Both the position numbers and the translations under genes were made by a program. The notes under the pieces were generated by a model. That model saw only the letters and a program-made list of their open reading frames with translations, had not been told where the DNA came from and did not search any database. A stretch of DNA of 63,845 bases, counting the filler, from Perkinsus chesapeaki ATCC PRA-425 (taxonomy: Eukaryota > Protista > Perkinsozoa), in NCBI GenBank assembly GCA_013115145.1. It is 10 parts of 10 records of this genome, joined end to end, with 100 filler letters (N's around TTAATTAATTAA, not from the genome) between each part and the next. Parts side by side here need not be neighbours in the genome. Positions count along the whole stretch, not along the records: positions 52,032 to 55,968 come from JAAPAO010001342.1; positions 56,069 to 58,514 come from JAAPAO010001602.1; positions 58,615 to 62,332 come from JAAPAO010001368.1; positions 62,433 to 63,845 come from JAAPAO010001975.1; 6 more parts are not named here. The stretch is one strand, 5' to 3'. The stretch's first letter is position 1; each line of letters begins with the position of its first letter. Positions 51,932 through 62,762 of the stretch are shown piece after piece.

Positions 51932-52834
51932 NNNNNNNNNNNNNNNNNNNNNNNNNNNNNNNNNNNNNNNNNNNNTTAATTAATTAANNNNNNNNNNNNN
52001 NNNNNNNNNNNNNNNNNNNNNNNNNNNNNNNCAGAACAGCACAGAAAGTTAAATAACATCGGTCACTGTTCTTCTTAAGAGGGAATCTCGACTCTCGGCA
52101 CACTGGAGATATATACCTCCTATAGCGAGTCGCTATTAGCGACTCCCGAGAATGGTCCAACTGAACCGGAGTTAGTACGCTAGTATTGTTGGGATATGTC
52201 CGAATATAAAGGAGACGTCTCTGAGATAGAATTTCCGCCCCTGGAAGGGACAACAAAGGCATGGAAATCAGCCTCTGTTATTAGCATCGCACCCATCAGG
52301 TTACATCCTCACAACCATCATCGAATAGAGTCGTAATAAAGCGGTGTTAACTATACCGGATGCTCGCCAACGATCTCATTAAATAACGGAAGCTAACGTG
52401 GATCGGATTGAGGTTCGCGATTGAGGTTTAAAAATCTACACGTAATGCACTCAGTTTAGCACCTTTTCGCATAGTGGTGTGTGAAACGTGTAATTCACTA
52501 GCGGTTCGCCCAGCGGTGGTACAACCTTGGCATACCAGTGGCCGCCAAGTCTACCACATGATGGAGCCCGAATAAAGAATTAGCTTATCATGTAGTCTAA
52601 GGCTAATAATATTTTTACTCAATAGAAAAAATTGCCCTGGACTCCAGGCTGGAGTATATAGCCTTGCTCGTGTCTGATTATGAATCACTGAAATCCGAAC
52701 TCAACAATTCTGATAGGGAAATATAAATCCGCTCATGGCAGTCGGGCTGAGACCACTGCCACTCAATAATAGCTTCAGTCGAAGAATGCCTTCAATCGGG
52801 AAATAATAGTAACAAATACACCTCTAAATGATAC

Positions 52835-53125
52835 TATAAGCAGCACTGTGCACTTCCAAGTTGTGCATAGGACACAGTGCATTACGCAGGTCACCTAGTC
52901 GCTAGCCGTTGCAGATTACCAAGAAGAGTAAGGCAATGCTCGTTACAGTTGAGCTGAGAGCGCTCGCACTCATACTAGTCGAGCAATACCTTCGAACGAG
53001 AAAGAGAAGTTGACATTACATGTTTCTAATAATAGTATAAGCTGCACTGTACACCTTGCACAGCAAGTTGTGCATAGGACGCAGTGCATTACGCAGGTCA
53101 CCTAGTCGCTAGATGTTGCAGGTTA
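52835..53125. repeat. ~85-bp diverged direct repeat, ~200 bp apart, each copy with a hairpin
   Basis: TATAAGC(A/T)GCACTGT...AAGTTGTGCATAGGAC(A/G)CAGTGCATTACGCAGGTCACCTAGTCGCTAG occurs twice. Confidence 0.85.
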
Positions 53126-53314
53126 TTAATCAGGTAAAGCTACGACATTCCTATTATAAGACCTAATCCATCTTTAGTAAGCCTCATTCATGAAGTTCAT
53201 GGCTTGAACAAACTTGAAATGTGATCCGCGTTTACACTGAAGATAATCGCCCACCGACCGTACCATCTCTCTTAAGGCTGATGTTACCAAGCTGATACTT
53301 GCGTTAATATGAGT

Positions 53315-54166
53315 CTATAACAGGTCACAAGACCCAATCATGTTCGAAGGAACGTTCCAGTCTGAGATTTCGGCCCAATATAGTGCAAGTATACCCTCGC
53401 ACCAACCCCCAGAGTCTCCCGGGGCAAAGTGCGACGAGGTGAGAGTTGCGAACGTAGGCTCCCAGTTCAAGAGTGAGGGGCTTCGTTGACCAAATATAGA
53501 GAATTCGGCTGTCAGTGATAGTTGTAATTCAGTGAGCTGCTCTGACTCGACCATTTGCCATAACTGCCGGTACTCGGGCCCTCGTACGTGATCGGCCAGA
53601 ACCCGCTCATTTACTAGAATTTGGGTACGGTTACCGGAGTATGCGGTCTTAGGTCGTATTACGTTCCAGAACCAGTCAGGATATTGCACCTTTATTTCGA
53701 TAACGTTCATTTCCAACCATGAAGGTTTGTCGGCGATCGTCAGAACAAAAGATATATCAACGTATTTATCAGAGCCCGAAGTCAAACAGGATGAATTTTC
53801 ACTAGGGGCTTCAAACGACGCTGGATCAGGGCCGAGACGGAGGTCCCGAAGCTCCAAAGTCCATTGGGATGTATAGTGCTCAATTATTTTGGGCATGCAT
53901 AGTAGAAGTCCAGCACTCATTACAATATAGGCCGCCATAACAGTGAAGACAAATGACATAACAACGGCAAACCACCGCTCGGACACTTTACTCCTCTCGT
54001 TAGCGTGGTAGCCAAATAATGAATCAGGAACGCCGAACTCTTTCTGTAGAAGGTAAGATGCCATGCTGAGCACAAAACAAAGTCTGGCTGATGTTTGCAA
54101 GAGAGGGACGGCCGTGGTGACGCATTCTCCTTGTTGTCTCCGGAGACGGGGGTTGGCGTCACCCAA
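53315..54166 (-). CDS. Hypothetical single-pass membrane protein
   Basis: 283-aa ORF with the TM segment WFAVVMSFVFTVMAAYIVMSAGLLLC followed by a beta-rich domain. Start uncertain. Confidence 0.5.
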   Translation of the reverse strand: MGDANPRLRRQQGECVTTAVPLLQTSARLCFVLSMASYLLQKEFGVPDSLFGYHANERSKVSERWFAVVMSFVFTVMAAYIVMSAGLLLCMPKIIEHYTSQWTLELRDLRLGPDPASFEAPSENSSCLTSGSDKYVDISFVLTIADKPSWLEMNVIEIKVQYPDWFWNVIRPKTAYSGNRTQILVNERVLADHVRGPEYRQLWQMVESEQLTELQLSLTAEFSIFGQRSPSLLNWEPTFATLTSSHFAPGDSGGWCEGILALYWAEISDWNVPSNMIGSCDLL

Positions 54167-55285
54167 AGACTGGGAGGCTTGTGCACCTCGTGCGCCCTGT
54201 ACTATGCGTCAGCTCAGCTCCTCGAGCTACGGACGTCACTAGGTGAGCATGAGCAATAAGTGAACCTCATGATCTTTGAACGGTCGTTGTACAATAACAA
54301 GCTTCTGCGATGAGCCGATAACTTCATGGCTCTCGGCTCCAGTGTCCCCGTAGGGAAGTCCTAGTTATTGCGGCCTAGTTCTGGAGTGAACCCTGAGTAG
54401 ACCCTCCAGTCATTGTTGATTTCTGTGTCCAGTAGCGGTTTTTGAAATCTTCATTATGCGAGTGCGACTCACCGTATTATAAGTTATAACGCATACCGGA
54501 AGTATGCATTCGTGGGGCGCCACGGTTCCGATACCATAACGAGGCATTAAGCAGATAATTAGAGCCCGGCCGGGTCTTTAGCCTTTTCATCATTATCCGT
54601 AAGCAGATCAAGATCGAATTCTGAACAGTCGATGCTTCCATTGGACTTCTTCGATGATAAGGGTTACGCCATTTTTACCACGTGGAGCACACTCAGCCGC
54701 CACGTCACCAAGTTATGGGCATCTGGTGAGGCCCTGTAACAGTGAGACACTGGAATCAAGGATCTTCAGTCGTTGAGTCAAGACTACACCGAGGACCTGG
54801 ATATTTCATACTGCATCCTTTGCAAGCAAGTGGAATGGCATACAGATGAAAGCAATGTCTAGGAGCCTCGTAACCTTAAAGATTTAGTCTGCTAGGAGTC
54901 AATTAGGGTGAGAACGAAAAGCCGGTCAGGATCAGGATCCTTAGTATCGGGTTAACTAGTCAGCCTTCAACCATATTAACAACAAAAGCTCCTGATACGC
55001 CAGCTGCTGATATGCGTCGGGTCACATGGGTCGGTACCGGCGCAGAAAAATGCGTACAAATTGGATAACTTGGTGCCCGTAACTTTCCACCCGCTATGGG
55101 GAATACTAAGAAATCACCACAAATTTTGAGGGAATCGCCTAGTTCTCCAGACTAACCCTATACGGTCAATGTATGACATGTTCTCGAATCCGGATTCCCG
55201 AACCAAGACGATAGAAATAACTCAGACGCGTACCGCTTAATAAACAGGAACTATCCTGGATCAGAGCTCGCTGGTTACGGGGCGA

Positions 55286-55614
55286 ACGTCCGCCGGACGT
55301 CGTCCGGTATGAATAACCACTAGTGGAATGAGCCTATGAGACGCCATTAATACTCTATGTTATCCCCTCTCTCGACCTGTACTGAGACACTGCATCGTAG
55401 AGAGCCCGGCAATCCGCAAGGTAGAGCATTGCTACTAAAATCTGGGTGGATTCACTTGCGCTACGATCCAGTCAGCAGCGTGCCTCAACTCTGCAGCTAG
55501 TAGCTACCAGCCGATCGTCGACGAATTTCCGCAATCTGCCAGTCTTAACAACTTGTAACCTGAATTATGCCGCACAATTTGTGCGGCGCCCGCTCGTTCG
55601 GAACGAGTCGTTCC
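55286..55614. other. Two exact hAT-type excision scars
   Basis: 55286-55307 (word ACGTCCGG) and 55593-55614 (CTCGTTCC), plus a 19-bp odd-centred palindrome at 55569-55587. Confidence 0.78.
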
Positions 55615-55876
55615 ACCATATAGCAAGTTCTGTGCACCGGATATGTCACATCTTCATGAAAATGAGTGGTTGAGGCCTCGTGGGACGAGGACGATGGACC
55701 GACAACTTCAGAAAACTGCGGAAAGTCGGTCAGACGCAGATCGATACGAGACGGAGAGTTTGTAACGTCTATTATTCATAGAGTGCTTAAAGCACTCTAC
55801 ACCTTTTCAACGCCTATTTCGACAATAGTAACTTCTATTTCGACAGGCGAGCGGAATTTATGTTAAGATTCTCGTT

Positions 55877-55968
55877 TAGTAACTTCAATTTCACTAGGTA
55901 GGTGGTTTAGTAACTTCAATATACCCTGGGAGGTGGTTTAGTAACTTCAATATACCCTGGGAGGTGGT
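55877..55968. repeat. 31-bp tandem repeat at contig end
   Basis: TAGTAACTTCAATATACCCTGGGAGGTGGTT at 55908 and 55939, with a diverged copy at 55877. Confidence 0.9.
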
Positions 55969-56068
55969 NNNNNNNNNNNNNNNNNNNNNNNNNNNNNNNN
56001 NNNNNNNNNNNNTTAATTAATTAANNNNNNNNNNNNNNNNNNNNNNNNNNNNNNNNNNNNNNNNNNNN

Positions 56069-56207
56069 AAGGAGTTTGATAGGAAATATGTTACTAGTGA
56101 TACGGAGGAGGAGATATAATAGAAAGGAGTTTGATAGGAAATATGTTACTAGTGATACGGAGGAGGAGATATAATAGAAAGGAGTTTGATAGGAAATATG
56201 TTACTAG
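56069..56207. repeat. 55-bp minisatellite, locus 3 (intronic)
   Basis: Units start at 56071, 56126 and 56181, inside the intron whose donor is at 56276 on the minus strand. Confidence 0.95.
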
Positions 56208-56276
56208 AATTAAAAGAAACATACATTTTTTCTGAAATTCTCAACATTGGCGGTTCCTCTATACTTGACTACTTAC

Positions 56277-57166
56277 CACTGCACTTGATCATATCCTGCG
56301 CAATCGTAACCAGGTACACCATAGCAGTTGCGGTCTCCAGTATCGATCATCCACAATACCGCTGTTGGTCGGTCTCTAGATGCTGTTGAGCTTGCGTATA
56401 TCGGTAAATAGTAGACGGAGCCGCCGTCAATCCCCGGTGGAGCTAGAAGGCAGATTACCAGGCAGATAACAACGGGCGACTCTTACCAACTCGGGTGAAA
56501 CTCGTTTTGCCATGGTCCTGGTCGTACTTCACTATAAAGCGTGAATCTGGAAGATTACCAATGGCATCGTGGTTGCCTATCGTAATAGCGTAGGGCACCT
56601 TCACAAGGAATATTATTCAATTCACCGAAGGGGCCGTCCGAGTTGCTGTAGTCACACAGCGATAAGCTGCGGGCAGCTTGGTCCGGTTCAGGCTGCGACC
56701 CACCTTAGCATCAGACACGGGTTTCGTGTATTGCTTCCATACGTCAATGAACCAGTCGGTGCAATTACCGCTAGCTTGACAACTGCTAGCTGAATAATCG
56801 GATGACATATCGCCATTAAAGACAACCTGAGAGTAGATGAATATCTGACACCTCTAGCCATAAGCAGCGTACAAGATCGGGCTTTTCCATCTCGAGCAGC
56901 TTCCTCTGGAAAGCCTGAAAGCAGTCCGTGTAAGGAGCGAGAAGGGCCGACCCGCCTACCTGCGAGAGGTTTCCCGTAACGAAGTTCTCACCGTAGTGAA
57001 GGTCAACAAACATGAGGATTTTGAATGTTTGATTATTGTCATTGAAATGTAGTGAAGCCGGGGGCTCAGTCGGCTTTACGGTCGTGGAAGTGTTTTCACT
57101 TTTACTCCCGCAACCCGAGAAAACGAGAGCCCCAATTGTCAAAAGGGAATAACAGGCAAGTGACAT
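56277..57166 (-). CDS. Second Dcr2/PAP29-like metallophosphoesterase (5' part)
   Basis: FKILMFVDLHYGE, FQRKLLEMEKPDL, VPYAITIGNHD, SVYYLPIY and LWMIDTG. Paralogous to 37966-40407. Confidence 0.85.
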
Positions 57167-58701
57167 GGGAAGCAGCTGTGGGGAAAACACTGCGTAAGAG
57201 TAAAATGCGGGAATGCATCAGCCATAGAGTTTATATATATTGGTAGATGTAGGAGGAATAAACCTGAGCAACTCGCGTGGAGCCGCGCTACGAAGGTTAA
57301 GAATCATCGGGGTGGGAAAATGAACAAAGCGTCCACAGAGCCGGTGGGTCTTGACAACTACGACCTATCTACAGCTCAGTAAGCTAGCGATCGTTTAGAA
57401 GAGGGAATCGCAGAGACCTACACAAGTGCGTCGATCTTGAAACCACATCGAGCGGCGGGGGTCTGAGGAAATTTCTGCACGCGCGCGCTTCTGTCTCCAT
57501 CAGTGCGCACGCGTGCATTGCGCGTTGCTTGAGCGGGTTTATAGCGTCGAAAAAATGGCGAGGTCGTATGGCACTAACGTGAGGTTCTTAAGGGAGGCAG
57601 CTCATCACCTTGTAAGACACTATGCCAACCCCAAGCACCAACCGTCGGGATCTTACTGGGAGGATCTTTAGTTCCCCATCTAAGTGGGCTAACTAGGGGA
57701 TACTGGTAACACATATGGGTCCTTCCTTGCCAACCGTCAGTATACGGACGTAGGCTAGCTCGGATCCAACACCGGACAGGCTTCGTATTAGATTGCCTAC
57801 CTTAAGGAGCCTGAATTAGAACTGCCCAGTAACGTTCGGGCTTAAAAGTGAATGGCTGTTAGTAGCAGTGTGATGCGGTTTAACAATGATTCAAGTCCAG
57901 GCCATGTCGTGGTGTGAAAGTATGGCACATTACGAGCCATGTCTCCCCACTAACAGCTTTCTACTCTGTCGCCTTCCAATGCTGCACTATGGCTTTGCTG
58001 AGTATTTCTTTGCGAACCATCACCACAAGTTTCCTTCCCTAACTGAGAGGAGCCCGTGTCGCGGAGTAATAAGCTCGCCTTTTACACATCCCTACCAAAA
58101 ACGACTTTTACGCTTTTATAAACGATTTGGAAAATACCACTGACTAAAGTTAAACATCACTGGGTAACAGATATGATACATCCACGGGTGAGATATCTTG
58201 ACACTAGTTACATTCCTATTCGGTGATACCTACAGCGGCGATAGTAGTACAGGTGTTAGGCCCTCTCGGTTTATTTCGCAAATAGGATGAGTAGTCCAAC
58301 TAAACCATATTCGACGTTAAACTATAAACTCACACAAACGGGTGGGACATTAGTCTTGTCAAGTTGCGTTGTGTTCCGCGTGTCCCTGTAGCTTTGGCTA
58401 CTAGCAGAGGTTTAATGTCCGGTATGAACAATATACACATAATAAGATCACTAGTTTGTTAACCTATGACTTGTTTTTAGATTGCATATTTTGATTTATC
58501 TATGTTTGGATTAANNNNNNNNNNNNNNNNNNNNNNNNNNNNNNNNNNNNNNNNNNNNTTAATTAATTAANNNNNNNNNNNNNNNNNNNNNNNNNNNNNN
58601 NNNNNNNNNNNNNNAGTTCGAGGAGTACGAAATCAAACTGAACCAAATCTTAGTGTACGACACTCATATGAACGGAATTTTTGTGTAGTACTTGGGCCAA
58701 G

Positions 58702-58762
58702 TAGAGGATGCTGGTGTATCTAATGTTAGATTATCTAACATTAGATACACCAGTATCCTCTA
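58702..58762. repeat. 61-bp near-perfect palindrome with a 1-nt centre
   Basis: 30-bp arms 58702-58731 / 58733-58762, with one mismatch (G58710/T58754). Confidence 0.95.
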
Positions 58763-59082
58763 GGTACTTTTGAAAAGGAGACAATATGGACGATAACGAA
58801 GAACGCCTACAATTTACAACACGAAAGTGTAAAACTGGAACAAACCCAGTAAGCTAAATAATTAAGTTGAAGTAATAAGGCTTTTACCTCAGGTACAACT
58901 AACGACCAAACCAATACCCAAGCACGAAGAAGCAACTAAAGTACAACGAAAAGGCATTAAACAAGAACTGGGATTCACAAATGGACGACCCTGCTCAACG
59001 ACTAGGAAACAGAGCAAGGAAACAGTAGGATATATAGACTAACGTGTTGTTGGTTGTTACAGTGGTGTTGCTTTAGGCACCT

Positions 59083-60462
59083 ATGAAACCTGAAAACCAA
59101 TGTCGGCACTTGCTGAGATATCCAAAAAGATACAACTTATTTCCGTCTGGCGTACCCATATTTAACTGGGCGTCCAGGCCATGTGTAAAAACGGTGAAAG
59201 ACGACAGTCCGACAAATATGCCTAAACTTCGCCTCGACGATGACAGCTACTTATTCTTCTCCCAACTGGAGGCTTTACCTGAGAGTACCGATCTCACAAA
59301 GTGTCATCACTGTGACGCGCCCAACCTTGAGCCTATGCCTGCCATAAATTTAATCAGGGCTTTACACGGTATCTACATGATCAAGGAGCTCACGGTCTTA
59401 CGGTTACTCACGTTATTTAGCGGGTATACTTTGGAAACCTTGGAAGTATGCCGATGGTTAAATGGTTTACGTACCTTCTATGATGAAGACTACACGGTGA
59501 AATTTGGTGGACTACTCTGTAATGCATGGTGTGACCATTGGTCCTCGACCTTCACAAATTCAATAAATATATCTGCTGCCGCAGCAGTGCTGCGCTGGTC
59601 AAATACCTACATTTTACCCGAGAACAAGCCACCCTCTATGTCGAAAAGTATGGAACTCCAGCAATCACATGAAGATGGTATTGTCTTGCGGGACGCAGAC
59701 GTACCACTTAACGAGAGAAGCATAGCGTATCAGACCAGCACTACTAATCTCCTGGAGTACTCTGTATACTCAAAAACCACCGATTGCTGGAGTAAACTAC
59801 CCAAATATGACGGTTGCCTAGCACGGAATGGGGAGCACTGTGGATTCCACAGTGTGGAATACTAAGTTGCTATGATGTGCAGTCCGGGTACGATCTATTG
59901 AAGTTATCCGAAGACTTTGTTGGTTTGGAACTATCGGATATACTACTACCTCACCGGTCTCGCAATATGATGCTACCTGAAGGTACCTTACCAGACTATA
60001 TCTACAACACCAAAAAAAACCCAAGACTGGTTAAATCTGATAGATACCCAGGTTCAGACGGGATCCAAAACCATCCGATGTTTCGTATGTGGTGAGAAGT
60101 GTATTCCTAGCAGCGTTACCAAAGTTTTCGACCTTTGGACCCGACAATACAACCTCGACGTCAATACGGTAGTACGGGTACTTTTGATTAACCGTGGCTA
60201 TACGTTGGATGCAACACGGGCTTTGATACTACTCAGTGATCGTTATGGTCAAGACCGAAGACGGCTTGCTCATGTGGTCCGTCTCCTGTGTTGGGTGAAA
60301 AGTTATCGAGATCTACTTGGATTACTTGATTGGATACACTGTATGACAGACTTGTACAGGATCAATTTTGTCGCAGCTGCAATACTGTTGGAATCCTGTC
60401 AATGTAGAACAAACGTTGCGAAAAAGAAACTCAATTCTTTCTTCGTACCACTTAGTACATAG
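59083..60462 (+). pseudogene. Frameshifted intronless ORF (~455 aa when repaired) with a duplicated CxxC-helical domain
   Basis: Three consecutive ORFs join after removing the 14-bp scar gain at 59838-59859 and one A from the A8 run at 60012-60019. Confidence 0.6.
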
Positions 60463-60954
60463 TACTATTGTCCAACATGAAAAATGCATTGCGTTGCTGG
60501 TATTAATAACTTTTGGACTTATGCTCCTCAGAGTCCTGGCCGATAGAAAAACGACCTAAGACAACCCCGTTAAAAACGCGGAATAAAAGGGATATCCGAA
60601 GCTCAAAGTGGCAATCCCTAGACGACTCGGGATTACAACCTCCCACGTTAACTACCAAAACCAGAAATTGCAAACGACGAAGAAACACAAACGAACATAT
60701 ACTGAATCTTGCGCCGCTCCACTGATATCTATCAGTCAATCTATAGCTAGCCCCTCACCGACAACAACTACATATATATAATATGCTCCGTTATATCATA
60801 ATCTAATGAGGTGGGTGAATTGATATATACGGGCTCTGATGCACGCTCCCGTTTAAGAGAGCTGCTCGGCTCCGTTATATCATAATATAACGAGGTGGGT
60901 AAATTGATATATACTATTAGTATAATACTAGTACTCGAAGTACTCACCTCCTCA

Positions 60955-61520
60955 ATAATAATTAGAATTCCCAAGGACTGATAATACAAGTACTAGGTCA
61001 CCCCCAGTAAAGAATTTAATTCCCAAGGACTAATAATACAAGTACTAGGTCACCCCCCAGTGAAGAATTTAATTCCCAAGGACTAATAATACAAGTACTA
61101 GGTGACCCCCCAGTGAAGAATTTAACTCCCAAGGACTGATAACACAAGTACTAGCCACTCCCTCAATAATAATTGAATAATAATTAGAGCTAACAAGGAA
61201 TAATAATACAAGTACTAAGTCACCCCCTCCTCCTAATTCCCAATGACTCTTACCTGCATGGTTTCCTCCTCCATCCCAGAACCCTCCTGCGTGGCAAGAC
61301 AATCATCACTGAAACTTCCTCTCTTCCTTTTCCATAATCAATAATGATTAGAATTCCCAAGGACAAATAAAACAAGTACTAGGCCACCCCCTCAATAATA
61401 ATTAGAATTCCCAAGGACTAATAATACAAGTACTAGGCCACCCCCTCAATAATAATTAGAATTCCCGGACAAATAATACAAGTATTAGGCCACCCCCTCA
61501 CTAATAATTAGATTTCCCAA
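60955..61520. repeat. 52-54-bp minisatellite, two subtypes
   Basis: Core AATTCCCAAGGACTAATAATACAAGTACTAGG(T/C)CACCCCC at 60966, 61018, 61071 and 61124, and again in three copies at ~61350-61520. Confidence 0.92.
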
Positions 61521-61626
61521 TTCGGGTCTCGGGTTTCGCACATATGTGTGCGTCTAAACTCTCTCTGCGCGCAAAAAAAGTATTCTTAAAAAAATACAGA
61601 CTCGCTCCCAAGTCTTTGTTTTCGTT

Positions 61627-62332
61627 TGTTATATTGATAACCATGCTAGGTAGAGACTAGAAACCTAAAAAAATCGGTCAAATACTCTTTGTACCGATGC
61701 AGGGAACCATTTTTCTGTCATCTGGGTTTTCACTCTATTCTTTCTATTCCCGGCTCCAAATGAAGAAGCTCACCAAATGAGGACAGTCGATAAATGAGGA
61801 AGGTCGATAAGTGAGGATACCGGGCTCCGAGGAAGAAACTCACCAAATGAGGAAGGTCGATTGTTATATTGATAACCATGCTGGGTAGAGACTAGGAACC
61901 TAAAGAAATGAAATAAATACTCGTTGTACCGATGCAGGGAACGATTTGTCTATCACCTGGGTTTTCACTCTATTTTTCCTATCCCCGGCTCCAAATGAAG
62001 AAGCTCACCAAATGAGGAAGGTCAACGAGTGAGGACCCCTGGCTCCGCGGAAGATATTCCTACCTTCAGGAAATGAGGACCACTGNNNNNNNNNNNNNNN
62101 NNNNNNNNNNNNNNNNNNNNNNNNNNNNNNNNNNNNNNNNNNNNNNNNNNNNNNNNNNNNNNNNNNNNNNNNNNNNNNNNCCCCTGGCTCCGTGGAAGAT
62201 ATCCTTAAGTTCAGGAAATGAGGACCCCTGGCTCCGTGGAAGATATCCTTAAGTTCAGGAAATGAGGACCCCTGGCTCCGTGGAAGATATCCTTAAGTTC
62301 AGGAAATGAGGACCCCTGGCTCCGTGGAAGAT
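61627..62332. repeat. ~235-bp-period direct repeat grading into a 44-bp minisatellite
   Basis: TGTTATATTGATAACCATGCT...CAAATGAGG at 61627 and 61862. Unit CCCCTGGCTCCGTGGAAGATATCCTTAAGTTCAGGAAATGAGGA at 62181, 62225 and 62269. Confidence 0.9.
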
Positions 62333-62762
62333 NNNNNNNNNNNNNNNNNNNNNNNNNNNNNNNNNNNNNNNNNNNNTTAATTAATTAANNNNNNNNNNNN
62401 NNNNNNNNNNNNNNNNNNNNNNNNNNNNNNNNGTGCTGAGACCAGGAAAAATCTGTTTAGATGGGTTGGAACCACTAAACAGTCACGACTAAGTTGGGGG
62501 TAACCCTGAATTAGTTATGCTGATATTGTAGAATCTGACTTTGTCAGTCACTACTCGGTCGGACCCTTACCGGTGGTGCTACTCAAATCTGGGTAATGGC
62601 TGGTTCCATTACTCAGTCATCACTAGGGCTGGGTTCTCCATTTCCTGTGATGCTACGGTTTCTTCGTTAACCGCGGTTTCTAAGGGACTAAGGGTAACAT
62701 AAGACTGAGTGGAGAAGGAGGAGTAACCGGCGATGTTAGAGATCCCTTATTTGATAAACACT

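Noticed and set aside
60955-62332. CRISPR array
   Set aside because: Head-to-tail tandem units with no unique spacers, no cas genes and a eukaryotic context.
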